From Paragordius varius (Eukaryota > Animalia > Nematomorpha), in assembly GCA_964247055.1 (NCBI GenBank), contig OZ176056.1, positions 2,666,001-2,730,000 of the forward strand: a stretch of 64,000 bases of DNA, given 5' to 3'. Below the pieces are notes generated by a model, which made no database searches, was not told the DNA's origin, and was given only the letters and a program-made list of their open reading frames with translations. This document shows, piece after piece, positions 50,577 through 61,800 of the stretch (position 1 is its first letter; the number at the start of each line of letters is the position of its first letter). Both the position numbers and the translations under genes were made by a program.

Positions 50577-52289
50577 ATGTTACCGTGGAAGCTTGCAAAA
50601 CAGGCAGCAAAAAAACTTAGCATTCGTAAAACCAAATCAATATTATTTCAATTTAACCCTTTTTGCGAAAATCAACAAACTATACGGTAATGGATCACTT
50701 TGATAACCATTATTTTTTACCCCTAATTTCTAATATAGTTTTATCATTTTTGGCTTACATAATATGTGGAAAGTTAATTGTCTCCCTTAGTCCACTGTTT
50801 TTAAATGCTAAAATTGTTGGGAAGGATATGCATAAAAAAGAAACTGTTTTGATTCCTGAAGCTATGGGGATTGTGTCCGGATCTATATACATAATTACGA
50901 TGTTTACATTTATACCCATGTACTTTTACAAAGTACTCATGAATGAAACCATTTTCCCTTATGCGCCTTTTGTCGAATTTTTGGCCGGACTCTTGTCCAT
51001 ATGTTGCATGCTGTTACTTGGATTTTCGGATGACATTTTAAATTTAAAATGGCGCTATAAACTTATATTACCTACTGTTGCAACACTACCTTTGTTAATG
51101 GTTTACATGATTAACATTAATTCTACTACCGTTATTTTACCTCAACCGTTCAAAAGTTTGATTGGACCAACCTTAAATTTGGGCTTTTTTTACTACATTT
51201 ATATGGGTATGTTGGCCGTTTTCTGCACCAATTCCATTAACATCCTCGCCGGCATTAATGGACTTGAAGTTGGTCAATCTTTAGTCATATCGATCTCAAT
51301 TCTTATCTTCAATTTCATTGAGTTTTCCGGTGAGTATTGGAAAAATCATTTGTTTTCCATAAATTTTATTATGCCATACATTGGTACTTCGGCAGCTCTG
51401 TACTCATATAATCGATACCCTGCTCATTTGTTTGTGGGTGACACCTTTTGCTATTATTCAGGTATGACATTTGCAGTCATTGCCATCCTGGGTCATTTCA
51501 GTAAAACTGTCCTGTTGTTTTTTCTGCCCCAAATTTTTAATTTTCTTTTCTCATTTCTTCAACTTATGGGTGTTATCCCTTGTCCAAGGCATCGCATGCC
51601 CTTGTATGATGCCGAAAATGATGTCCTTATTCAAAGTTATACAGAATTTTCGCCCAATCAACTTTCGAAATTAGGGCATATACTTTTATACATTTACCAA
51701 AAATTGGGTTTAGTATCATGTCAAAATGTTAGCACCGAGAAAGACAAAACAATCCTGCGGTGTAGTAATCAAACGCTTATAATTTTATTGTTAAAGGTGT
51801 TTGGTCCCATGAGGGAAGAAATTTTATGCCAAAAACTTTTAATACTTCAAATAGTTGGAACTTGCATAGCATTTGTAATTAGATATCCCTTAGCCAATAT
51901 AATTTATTGATTTATAATTATTATAGATGTGAAATATGCTTTGTAATAAATGGGAAATATTTCTTTTCAATAGACGATGTTTACAAATGTTCAGTCAAAA
52001 GAAAAATTGGTGTGCCCTTTCAGATCTTGTAATTAGGAGCGATGTGATAAACGAAGACCTAGAACCCATTATAACTTTTACCTTAAGTATATTAAATTAA
52101 AATATAGGTGATAACTATAACATTGTTATGAAAGCAAGGAACTTAAATTGTGTCGAAATTGTAGAGATATATAAAAACATTGTAGAGGCCCGATTTCCAG
52201 TTCCTGTAGAATCTGTTACAAAAGCGCCACAAGAAGTCTCAAAAGCCCAACAAAAGATAAAAGCAAAGATTAAAACAAAAATATCATAA
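50577..52289 (+). CDS. MRPL53: Mitochondrial ribosomal protein L53, 134 aa; join(50577..50686,51974..52086,52108..52289)
   Basis: KSILFQFNPFCENQQTIR|RCLQMFSQKK...SDVINEDLEPIITFTLS|DNYNIVMKARNLNCVEIV aligns without gaps to recalled mL53 (VQFCPFEKNVESTRTFLQ...DVRHDGSEP...LIMRGAHLT..EM). Both junctions are phase-matched GT..AG; intron 1 is 1287 nt and intron 2 is 21 nt. Confidence 0.85.
50690..51910 (+). CDS. DPAGT1: UDP-GlcNAc:dolichyl-phosphate GlcNAc-1-phosphotransferase, 406 aa, intronless, nested in MRPL53 intron 1
   Basis: IPEAMG, LGFSDD, FCTNSINILAGINGLE, FVGDTFCY..G, FSKT.LLFF.PQ and CPRHRMP motifs. The first in-frame ATG is at 50690 (the ORF-track start is a TTG). Confidence 0.97.
   Translation: MDHFDNHYFLPLISNIVLSFLAYIICGKLIVSLSPLFLNAKIVGKDMHKKETVLIPEAMGIVSGSIYIITMFTFIPMYFYKVLMNETIFPYAPFVEFLAGLLSICCMLLLGFSDDILNLKWRYKLILPTVATLPLLMVYMININSTTVILPQPFKSLIGPTLNLGFFYYIYMGMLAVFCTNSINILAGINGLEVGQSLVISISILIFNFIEFSGEYWKNHLFSINFIMPYIGTSAALYSYNRYPAHLFVGDTFCYYSGMTFAVIAILGHFSKTVLLFFLPQIFNFLFSFLQLMGVIPCPRHRMPLYDAENDVLIQSYTEFSPNQLSKLGHILLYIYQKLGLVSCQNVSTEKDKTILRCSNQTLIILLLKVFGPMREEILCQKLLILQIVGTCIAFVIRYPLANIIY
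51945..51950 (+). terminator. Candidate poly(A) signal for DPAGT1 inside MRPL53 intron 1
   Basis: AATAAA 34 nt after the DPAGT1 stop and 23 nt before the MRPL53 exon-2 start, followed by a T-rich tract. Confidence 0.55.
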
Positions 52290-52311
52290 ATTTATTAATT
52301 GCATATCGAAA

Positions 52312-52615
52312 TCAATTTAATCCTCCACATTTTTCTGCTTCCTTTTGCGAATAAATTTTATTTTTAACAACATATTTTTGTTTTTGCTTGTGTGTTTTTG
52401 ATTTTAAATGGTCTTGTAGTGAAATTTTATCTATAAATGTCCGGGCACAATATTTACAATATAAATCTGAAAATTATAATTCATAAACCATTGTTATGAC
52501 CCAAAGTAATATCATCATGTATTTGATCCAAATCTTTAGCTCTACGTTTGGTTTTAGCCTTTTTTCTCTGATATAAATTCTTTTTGTGAACGTTATGAGA
52601 CCGATACCGACCCAT
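52312..52615 (-). CDS. ZNF593: Zinc finger protein 593 / Bud20 (pre-60S factor), two exons
   Basis: MGRYR...KAKTKRRAKDLDQIHDD, LYCKYCARTFID...HLKSKTHK and YSQKEAEK..G; acceptor at 52467, donor at 52488 (22-nt intron) or 52500 (34-nt intron). Confidence 0.92.
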
Positions 52616-55056
52616 GTGGATGTTAAACACAAATTAGTTTTGATATCTGGAAAAAATATAATTTATATTTATACACTTCATCACCTTTTAACAATTAAAT
52701 ACCTCTTCACTTTTTTGTCGTAGTTTACATATTGGGGTAGTTTTATAAAGCACTTTATAAATAAACTAGAGTTTTGAAGCTGTTATAGTTAATATTATCA
52801 AACAATGTTCTCATCTATCTATATATAAAAGTGAGCTTTAAACAAGACAGGAAAACGCCATTCCAATTCCAAAGTAATAATTATTTAATCATTTATTAAT
52901 ACGCCGACAGTGACTTACCCCTTTTTTAATTAGGCACCCAATTTTGTCCCATCCCGTGTAAGTCGCTTTTTTGAATGAATGGAAGTCTATCTAATTTTAG
53001 ATTTGAATAATGTTTCCGGAAAACTTATGGAGTTTCAATAGTGTACTTTCATAATATTTCGCAAGTGCGCCGAGAGCTAAGCCTTAGTGTCCCCTCACTT
53101 AAGCCCACACTTATGAAAAAATGAGGTCTGATACCGAAAAATGTGTGGCCACAATCAGTTTCAATAGTCTACTTTTTATATTTTTTACAACACAGAGGGT
53201 GCCTAATAAATAAGACCTTCAGTTTTACCCTTTCCCGTGTAAAAGAGGAGTTTTAGAAAAATGGAAGTCCCTAAACTGGTTTTTTAATAATATCAATATA
53301 AATTTGGTATGGGGTCACTAGTTAATTGAAATCCAAATGTTAAGACATCATGTATAGATTTTTCTAAAAAATTCGACGATATTTTCATCACCTCATATGA
53401 TTGAAGAAATGATTTTGATCCACTTTTATATTCTCATTTTGTAGGGAATGACATATTGGGGTAGTTTTCTACATCTGAGCTTAAATTAGTATACAAAGTA
53501 CTGTTAATAAAGTCTTGGTTAAAATTTAATTACTACTTTTTTCTAGTAGCTAAAACTTAAAATTTTAACATTTTTTAACTTCCAGAGTTAAAAATTCAGA
53601 ATCCATCGAAAGTTCCAAAACACGACTAAAAACAGCTGATAAAATTTAATAAATAATGCCGGCAAATTAATTATAAAAGGTTTCCAAATTATATTTTTAT
53701 GATATACATTTATTTACCTGTTGTATTCACGATTTAAAAATTGAAGAAAAAAAAGGCGGCGAAAAAGTTTGATGTGAGATTTTTACAGTTTTACAATTAA
53801 AAAATGTATCATGCGCCAAAAGGCTATATAAAGCATATTTTTAAATTTGTCCCAAGGTTATAACGCCCCAAAAGATCATGAAGAAGGAGATACTTAACAA
53901 TTAAATTTATATTTAAAAACAATTTTTTTAACAATATTCTGAAATGATAAAAATGTTCAGCATCCACGAATTTAAATGCTTTTTATCGTTTTTACCAGAT
54001 ACTGGCTCTTTATTGTTTTGCTAAAAATAAATTTACCAAGTATATACCTTTAAAAAATTATGTAATATTCTACCATATGCTAAAAATTTCCCGAAAACTT
54101 AGCATTTTTGCGTTTATTTTAACAAAAATCCATAATTTAAGACCTCAGGGCCTACATCTTAAGATTAAAGTTTATAAAAATATCTTATATATCATTTAAT
54201 ATATATTAATTATGTATTTTGAAATGAAACATTTAACTTTCAAAAAATTAATTAGCATAATAATTTCGATTTAGATATAATTAACAAGTGTAAATTTTTT
54301 TATAAAATGTCATTCAAAGATCTAGTACAGAGGTGTCCAACACAAATGGTTTCGCGAGTAAAAAATATTTTAATTAATCTCTTTTTAGATTTTATGCAGA
54401 AAACTTCTAAAATAAACTATGGATAAAATTTTAATAGTTTTTTTATCACTAATTTTTGCTAGCTCGTTGCCAAAAAATTGGAAAGACTTATTCGGAAATC
54501 GTTAAGAAATCTAAGAAAATCAATTTACTTAGATTTCTTGTAAAAGGATTATTTTGGCGAATTATGGTGGTATTTATAAGTATTTTTTCAAAAATTTTGT
54601 GGCCCACTGTAATTTTATCGGAGAGCCGTATGTTGTGCACTGCGATATAGCATTAACCTTATATATAATTTATTTCTTGTAAAACGGTATGTCTATATTT
54701 TTCTCATTCATCAAAAATTAACTAAATCGTTTATTTTCTTAAGGGCGTCCACATAAAAATTCACAAGTAGTAACGTTCTATCAAAATTTATACCAATTAA
54801 AACTTGATCAATAGCAACTTTCTAATGCTTCAAAACTTGATATCGATTATATAAATTAGAATGAAAGCTAATCAAAAAATATTTAAACAATTGTTAATAT
54901 CATAAAAGCAACAAAACTTTAAAAAATACAATAATGAGATCAATAAGAAAGCATTACCATTAATTATTAGACTATTTAACATTTATTTGTATTATAATTT
55001 TTATTCCTCTAAAACTGTATGGTAAAAAATGAAATCATCGTAAATAGTATCAAAAT

Positions 55057-56809
55057 TTATTTTAATATTCCAATGATTTTTTCTAGAGTTTCAGGCTTGG
55101 TCAGATCATTTACCTAACAAAATATATTAAGATATAAAAATTATAAACTATATCCCCAAAAATATACGGAAAGTCATTAAAAAAATGATAAACTTAAAAC
55201 CAGATTAAAAAAGTTAATTTTTAACATATCAGAGTAATCAACTTTAGAATCCCTGATAGCTAAACAATAAACCTAAAATCCTTTTAAATGAAAATATTGT
55301 AGAAAAATTATATAAAAAATAACGAGAAATACTGAAAAATCTTGGCTGGCATCAAAGAGTTTCACTACTAAATCTTGAGTTATGAGATATTGGGATTGTG
55401 CCATAGACAAAATTATATTACGAAACCGTATAATAGCTAGCGATATATCTTCATTACTGCCGTAATTATGTTTAAGGGTTTGAATTAAGGATGGTTTTGA
55501 GGGTGAAATTTTATTCACTTTTTCTTTAAAGGGGGAAGGATTGCTAAATGAAGTGGTATCCATAATATTGCTTTCTTCATTCGTTTCTAATTCAATATTT
55601 TAAAAGTCTATTATAATTCAATATTTCAAAGGTTAAAAGGATCTAAATATATTTATACAGAGTTGTTTATATGACAATTCAATTTGTCAAATGTAATAAG
55701 CCAATAAAATTTTTTAAAAAACAATAATTTTTATATTGCATGTAAAATATGCCCTATCGCTGACTATTCAAAAACAATATACCTTACCCAATTTAAACAG
55801 CCTATGAAAAAAGTTTATAACCATAAATGTTTTTTGGATAAGATGGTATAATTCATTTTAAATATTCGAATGAAAGAATGATTTATATGAAAAACACAAC
55901 ATTATCGCTATATATATTGAGTTTTTAAAAAAAATTAAAAAAATAAAGTAAACCCATTTTATAAACAATAAATTTTTACCATATTATTCAAATTGCAGTA
56001 AAAACTGAAATTATACGGACAAAACGTAAATATATAAAGACAGATATTTTTTTCTAAGACCATACTTTTATAAAATTAAATTTTCCATATATAAATTGAT
56101 CTATTTACAATAATAAAATATATGATTGATTGTGTTACCAAACATATTTACTTTGTAATTTTAACAATTATTTAAATTTTAAATAAAGATTCAACAAGAA
56201 TGGTTTTCTCTTAAAAAAAATATTTGTCTTTATATTTTTACGCTTTTGTCCGTATAATTTCAATATTACTGTAAAAATATTTTAAATTCGTTTTACAACG
56301 TCTTCAAAAAATAAATTTTCATAAAAAATATACTATCATTTTCTGGTGTTTGAGAAGATATCCATATATATCCATTTGTCCCCAAATATATGGTTAAATG
56401 CTTTGGTATATGTGGACTTGGTAGGTTAGTTAAAATATGATTTTTACATTTTTGGATAAGGTATGGTGGTATGGCTACAAATACCCCAGGTTGCGTTAAC
56501 TAAATTTATATAATATCAAAAAAATTCATCAATATTTTATTTTTTTAAAAACTTAATTATGTATAGATCAAACAGGATTTATTATAAAAATAGGCTTCTT
56601 AATGTTTATAAGGGCTATTAAATATCAGCAAATATATTTTTTGAAGAAAAATGCTTCTTAAAAAGTATTTTTTTCCCAGAAACTAACCTTTCCAGATTGT
56701 AAATTACGAGTTTGTAATGCCAAGGATCCATCTTTATGTAACATTTGAACTTCGGCCTATAATTGCATAAAATTTATGACCTTAAGTCAAAATAAATGTA
56801 AAAGAATTA

Positions 56810-56841
<32 letters not shown>

Positions 56842-58146
56842 TAAGAAAAAAGTGGATGTAAGTTACATATAAAAAAAAGGCCAAATAATTAATTATTATT
56901 TGTTTAAATTTACATAGTTCTGAGTAGGGTTTATTTTAGTTCAATTTCCTAAAATATTTTTTTAAAAGAGTTTTATTTGGATGGTAGGTATATTTTCTCA
57001 ACACTTGGTTATAGGGTATTATTGAAGTCTTATTTTTTTAAAATTTCTCAACAATTACCATGATTAAGTCACCCTCTTTCAATAAATCCCGCATATGTAT
57101 TTCATCCTCCAACGATCTTCTTCTCTGTGTGATAAAAAACAAAAAATTAGATTAAAATAAATTAAAATTTTAATATATTTGGCTGGACCCGATATGTACT
57201 TATATACAATATTTGGACATCATTTTAAAAAAAAAGTTTTTATCAAAAAATTAACAATTAAAAATGATAAAAATGAAAAAAATATTAATAATATACATTT
57301 CATAACTTTAAAAATTTTTACCGATTCCCCCAGTTAAAATAAACGCAAATAAAAAAATGGAGTTTTGGGCAAATTTTTCATATCATAAAAACGTTTAATA
57401 TTTTGCGGTTTTTAAAAGTTAAAAAATAGACAAATTCCATTGATATCTGAAATTACTTTATTTATAAAAGAAAGATAAAAATGAATTAATTTTTTTCAAA
57501 ATTTTAAATTATTAAAGATATTAGTACCAATTCACCCCCAGGTAAATTAAGTGCCGATAAAAATAAAATTGAGTTTTTGGACGAATTTGTATCGACTAAC
57601 CAACGTTTTGTGCCAACTTCTATAACGCGACCAATTATCATATCTCCAACATGACCCGAATAACTTTTAGTAAGAATGCATTTTAAAAAGTTTTAAATAT
57701 AATATATATACATAAAAAACTGCGGATATAATTATAAATTAGTCATAGAAATTTAAAAAAAACAGATTGGCTAGATAAAATAATTGGTCTATTAAAAAGT
57801 AACATTGAGTGTCGTAAACATTAATTAATTAAATAAAAAGTTTTAAAAAGGTTTAAATATAGAACAATTGTGATAAAAACGGAATATAATAAACAAAATA
57901 GCCCGATTACTTTGTGCAATAGTGATGTGTTTGGACAAGTTTGTTCATAATTTTAACCTCACCAAGCAATGATGAATATAAACAATTTTCATTTATAAAA
58001 GTTCCATGACCCCTTTATATTAAGATTGCAATAGGAAACCTCATATGACCAGCTCCTTCAGAAATAATTTCGCCAGGAATCACAATATTAGCACTTTTAT
58101 GCGTTTCAGAATCGGAAACATCTAATTTATTAAAAGTTTCTTGCAT
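55057..58146 (-). CDS. EXOSC2: Exosome cap subunit RRP4, 318 aa; complement(join(55057..55113,55333..55586,56334..56499,56688..56756,57059..57124,57528..57663,57911..58012,58040..58146))
   Basis: VIPGE...MRGHGT, GDMIIGRVIEV..KRW.V, LNLPGGELRRRS.EDE..MR..L.EGDL, AEVQ, LGTNGYIW and I.R.RN.I motifs; 957 nt = 319 codons. Confidence 0.96.
55996..56271. mobile_element. MITE with ~55 bp TIRs in an EXOSC2 intron
   Basis: CAGTAAAAACTGAAATTATACGGACAAAACGTAAA ... TTTACGCTTTTGTCCGTATAATTTCAATATTACTG|TA. Confidence 0.75.
57318..57396 (-). repeat. Decayed intronic duplicate of the EXOSC2 exon-3 3' end and donor
   Basis: TTACCGATTCCCCCAGTTAAAATAAACGCAAATAAAAAAATGGAGTTTTGGGCAAATTT resembles GTACCAATTCACCCCCAGGTAAATTAAGTGCCGATAAAAATAAAATTGAGTTTTTGGACGAATTT ~207 bp away. 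Confidence 0.75.
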
Positions 58147-58207
58147 TTTTATTCAAATTTAAAAATTAAAACTCTTTAATATTCGGTGCGCATGGTTATT
58201 GGCAAAA
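58147..58207. promoter_or_regulatory. 61-bp bidirectional promoter/5' UTR region between the EXOSC2 and MPP6 start codons
   Basis: Divergent ATGs at 58146 (-) and 58208 (+); the spacer contains GGTGCGCATGG and ATTGG. Confidence 0.7.
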
Positions 58208-58768
58208 ATGCCTCGGCTCTCAAAAAATTTATTGAAAATGCAGGTTATCAAATATATTTATTAGTTTAGTTTATGAAGAAAAGTTCATATAATAAAGAAA
58301 TTGCGACAAAACCTAAAGATGACACAATCGAAAATATAATCATTCATACGAAAGAGTAATTCTCATAGTAAAACCTTAGACAAAAAATATTTTTTCAGCC
58401 AAGTCTTTTCATATGCAACGATTTTCCCGAAACTCATGCTCGATTCTCTGTTCGTGGTTTTAATAAAAATTATGAAGTTTTATTTTTTTATTATATGATT
58501 TAAGAAATCTTTAAACCCTGTTGAAGATGAAATAAACGAATGTGACGAAGATGAGAATATTAAATCCCAAAAGTTATTAATTTTGTACTAAGTTTAGAAT
58601 TAAAGCTCTTATTGAATCGATAGAAAAAAAGTTTACTCCCAAACAACGAGGCGGTAAACGCCGAAAAAATAAATTGCTAAACAATAAAAAAACAAGTTTT
58701 TTACTTTGATTTATCCATAATAATTTATAGAGTTTGATATAATACGTGGTGTTGAAGTTGAGGAATGA
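58208..58768 (+). CDS. MPHOSPH6: M-phase phosphoprotein 6 (nuclear exosome cofactor); join(58208..58243,58270..58355,58380..58476,58505..58572,58598..58695,58731..58768)
   Basis: MPRLSKNLLKMQFMKK (cf. LSKNLLRMKFM), PSLFICNDF...ARFSVRGFN (cf. GRMSFRGFN) and IESIEKKF. Needs five introns of 26, 24, 28, 25 and 35 nt; the last is less certain. Missed by the ORF track. Confidence 0.85.
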
Positions 58769-58896
58769 TATGTAACAGTTTAAATAAATTATATTTTTTT
58801 TATTTCATTTTCTTTATTTTAAATGAGTAAATATTGTCCAAAGCGAATCATGTTTATTTTACCGCCGCGGTTTTAACAGCTGATGTTAAATATTAT

Positions 58897-61800
58897 CAAT
58901 CAATCAATCAAGTCGTTGTTTGTCCAGCATGTGCTAGCTTCCAAATTCTTGAGCGAAATAGCTTGCGATCGAGACAATCGTCTTTGTTCAGTTGAGTTAA
59001 GTGTAAGTCATTGCTGAGTGTTTTTTCCCAATCATGGTATGGTCTACCTCGTTTTAAATTGCCGTTCGGATGAAAGGATCTAATTTTGTTAATCCAACCA
59101 TTTGAGCGTTCAATGTGACCCCAGTATCTGAGACGATTTGCTCTGAGAAAAGTAGACATAGGTGCGATATGAAACAGATTATGTATGCTTTTATTATTAT
59201 TTGTTTTATCATTGTGATACTGATTGGTGAGGCAAGAGTTGAGGATTTTTCTTTCTATGTCACATAATTTATTTTCATTAGTTTGGTTTAAGGGCCAACA
59301 TTCGCTAGCATAGGTGAGGGCAGGGCGAATGGCAATCGTATAGATTTTGCCCTTGTTTGGATTTGAAATGTGTTTGTGTTTCATTATATACTTGAGTTGA
59401 TGAAATTTGGCCCAAGCCTGATGTGACCGTGTTGTTATGGCGTTTTTAATATTCATATCAGCTGCTATTGTATCACCCAGGTAATTGTACTTGTTTACTA
59501 TTTCGATGTTTGTAGTTGGAAGGTAGGTGGTTTGTGTGGGATTATTTGGGTTTATATCTGGTGTTGCACAAGCTTTACATATAAAATTTTCAATTCCCAA
59601 TAAACTTCCTTTAATTTGTGAGTACTTTTTATGGACCCACAGCTGGCATTTAGTGCATTTGATGGAATTAAGTTTCACTTCAGAGTGACAAATGGAGCAA
59701 GGGAATTTTATTACAGGTACCGGTGAGCCTGTTATTTAAGCCTTTGTTTTATCTGTGTTAATTTTGAGGCCAAATTTTTCTAAAGTAGATTTCCAGAGGT
59801 TATATTTATTGATAATGTCTGTTTCGCTGGTGGCTGTTAGTATTATGTCGTCAGCGTACATCATCTCAAAAGGTAAACCTGTTTTTATATTATCAGTTAT
59901 TACATCCATAATGATGATAAATAGTAATGGACTGAGGATGGAGCCCTGGTGTAGTCCGACAGTTACTGGAAATTGATTGGTATCACCCACGGGAGTTCTC
60001 ACGCAACTAGTGGTGTTCTCATATAGTAAGTTTATTATTCTTATTATCCATTCCGGAATTTCTTTTTTTCGTAACGCAAATGTGATCATGGACCACGGGA
60101 TGCAGTCGAATGCACGGCTTAAATCAATAAAGATGTGATATAAGGTTTTGTTTTTGCATCTGTAGTTCTCTTGTAGCCTTCTAAGAATGAATATGGCGTC
60201 AGAGGTGCTGATCCCCTGTTGGAAACCGAATTGGTTTTCGTCAATCGAGCAAAGCTGACGTATTTTCTTTTCTATAATTATTTCGAATAATTTGGTTGCG
60301 TGTTCAAGTAATTTTAATGGTCTGTAGGAGGCGCAGTTGAGCATGTCGCCTTTGTTTTTATATATTGGAATTATGACACTTTGGTTCCAGTCGTTCGGGC
60401 TTTTTTCCTCCATTATAATCAGATTAAATAGATCTGTGAAATAGGTAATTGCTTCAGGAATATTTTTGTACATTTCAGTTTTAATTTCCGTTGGACCAGA
60501 TGCCTTATTGATTTTACATTTTTGCATGGCTAAGCTCACATCTTCTGCAGTAATAATTGGGGGTGGCCCAATAACTGGAGGTAAGTTTGGGATCTCGACA
60601 TTTGAATGCTGGAAATTCAGTGTATTTTGCATGTATTGTGTCCATACATTTTGAATGCTAAGAGTGTCAGTAACTGTGTTGTTATTTTTATCTTTTATGG
60701 CTTTCACTACCCGAATATCTTTTTTATTATTATTAATATTTTTTAGTGTTTTAAAAACTTTTAAGTTTTTAATTTCTCCCTCAAGTTTTTTGGCCATTTC
60801 CAAACATCTTTCATTCATTTTGTCAGCTATTATTTTCTTTACTCTTTTTTTAACCATTATGTAAAAATGTTTGTCATCATCATGTTTAGAAGCTTTCCAT
60901 TTCTTAAAGGCATCTCTTTTCTCATTCAATAAGGGTTTAATATCGCTTTGCCACCACCATTGAGATTTTGTTTTGGTACGTTTTCTTCCGCAGATTTTGG
61001 AAACGTTTGAGAGAAGGGTGTTTTTGAGATGCTCCCAGCCGTCATGAACGTTGTTAGGGGAATGTTTTAGTTCAGGTGTAATTTGGTTGATGTATTGATG
61101 CTTTGTTTTAGGATCATTAAGTTTTGCAACGTTAAGTTGTGGCAATTTTTTAGGGCTAGGTCGGTTCTTATTTATTATTAAAAAAGCAACTATTAGTTTA
61201 TGTTGTGTATCATATTCATAAGTTTTAAAGTTGGTTATAATTTTTCTAAGTTGTTGGTTCAGCAACACAAAGTCTATTTGCGATGTGTGATTTCCGCTTT
61301 TATATGTGTGGATTTGGCTAGGTTTTTTACAGAAGTGTGTGTTGCAAATCAATAAGTTTGCGGCACTGCAGAATTCCAAGAGGGTTTCGCCCTCTTTGTT
61401 GCGAGAGCCAATACCTACTCCACCGTGTATACCTTCATAACCATCAGCGTGCATTCCAATTGTCCATTAAAATCTCCGCCGATCAGAAGTATTTCATTTG
61501 TGGGAACATTTTGTGCGATCTGATAAAGCTGATTCCAAAATTCCTGTTTGGTAGTTTCATTTTGACCCTGTTGAGGGGTATAGATGGATAGTATGTTAAG
61601 GGTGGTATTATTGAGAGCCACTCGCATTTGAATAATTCTGTCGTTGTGACGTGTAATGTCAATTATATTTTCTTTTATCTGATCGTTTATGGCTATTGCT
61701 ACCCCTGATTTCCCTGATTTTCCTCCTTCATAATACAGTGTAAAACCTTCATGTTGATAATTACCTCCGTTTTTAAAACGAGTTTCTTGTAAACAACATA

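Noticed and set aside
50663-50689. ORF-track N-terminus MRKSTNYTV for DPAGT1
   Set aside because: It starts at TTG and overlaps MRPL53 exon 1 in another frame; the first ATG is at 50690.
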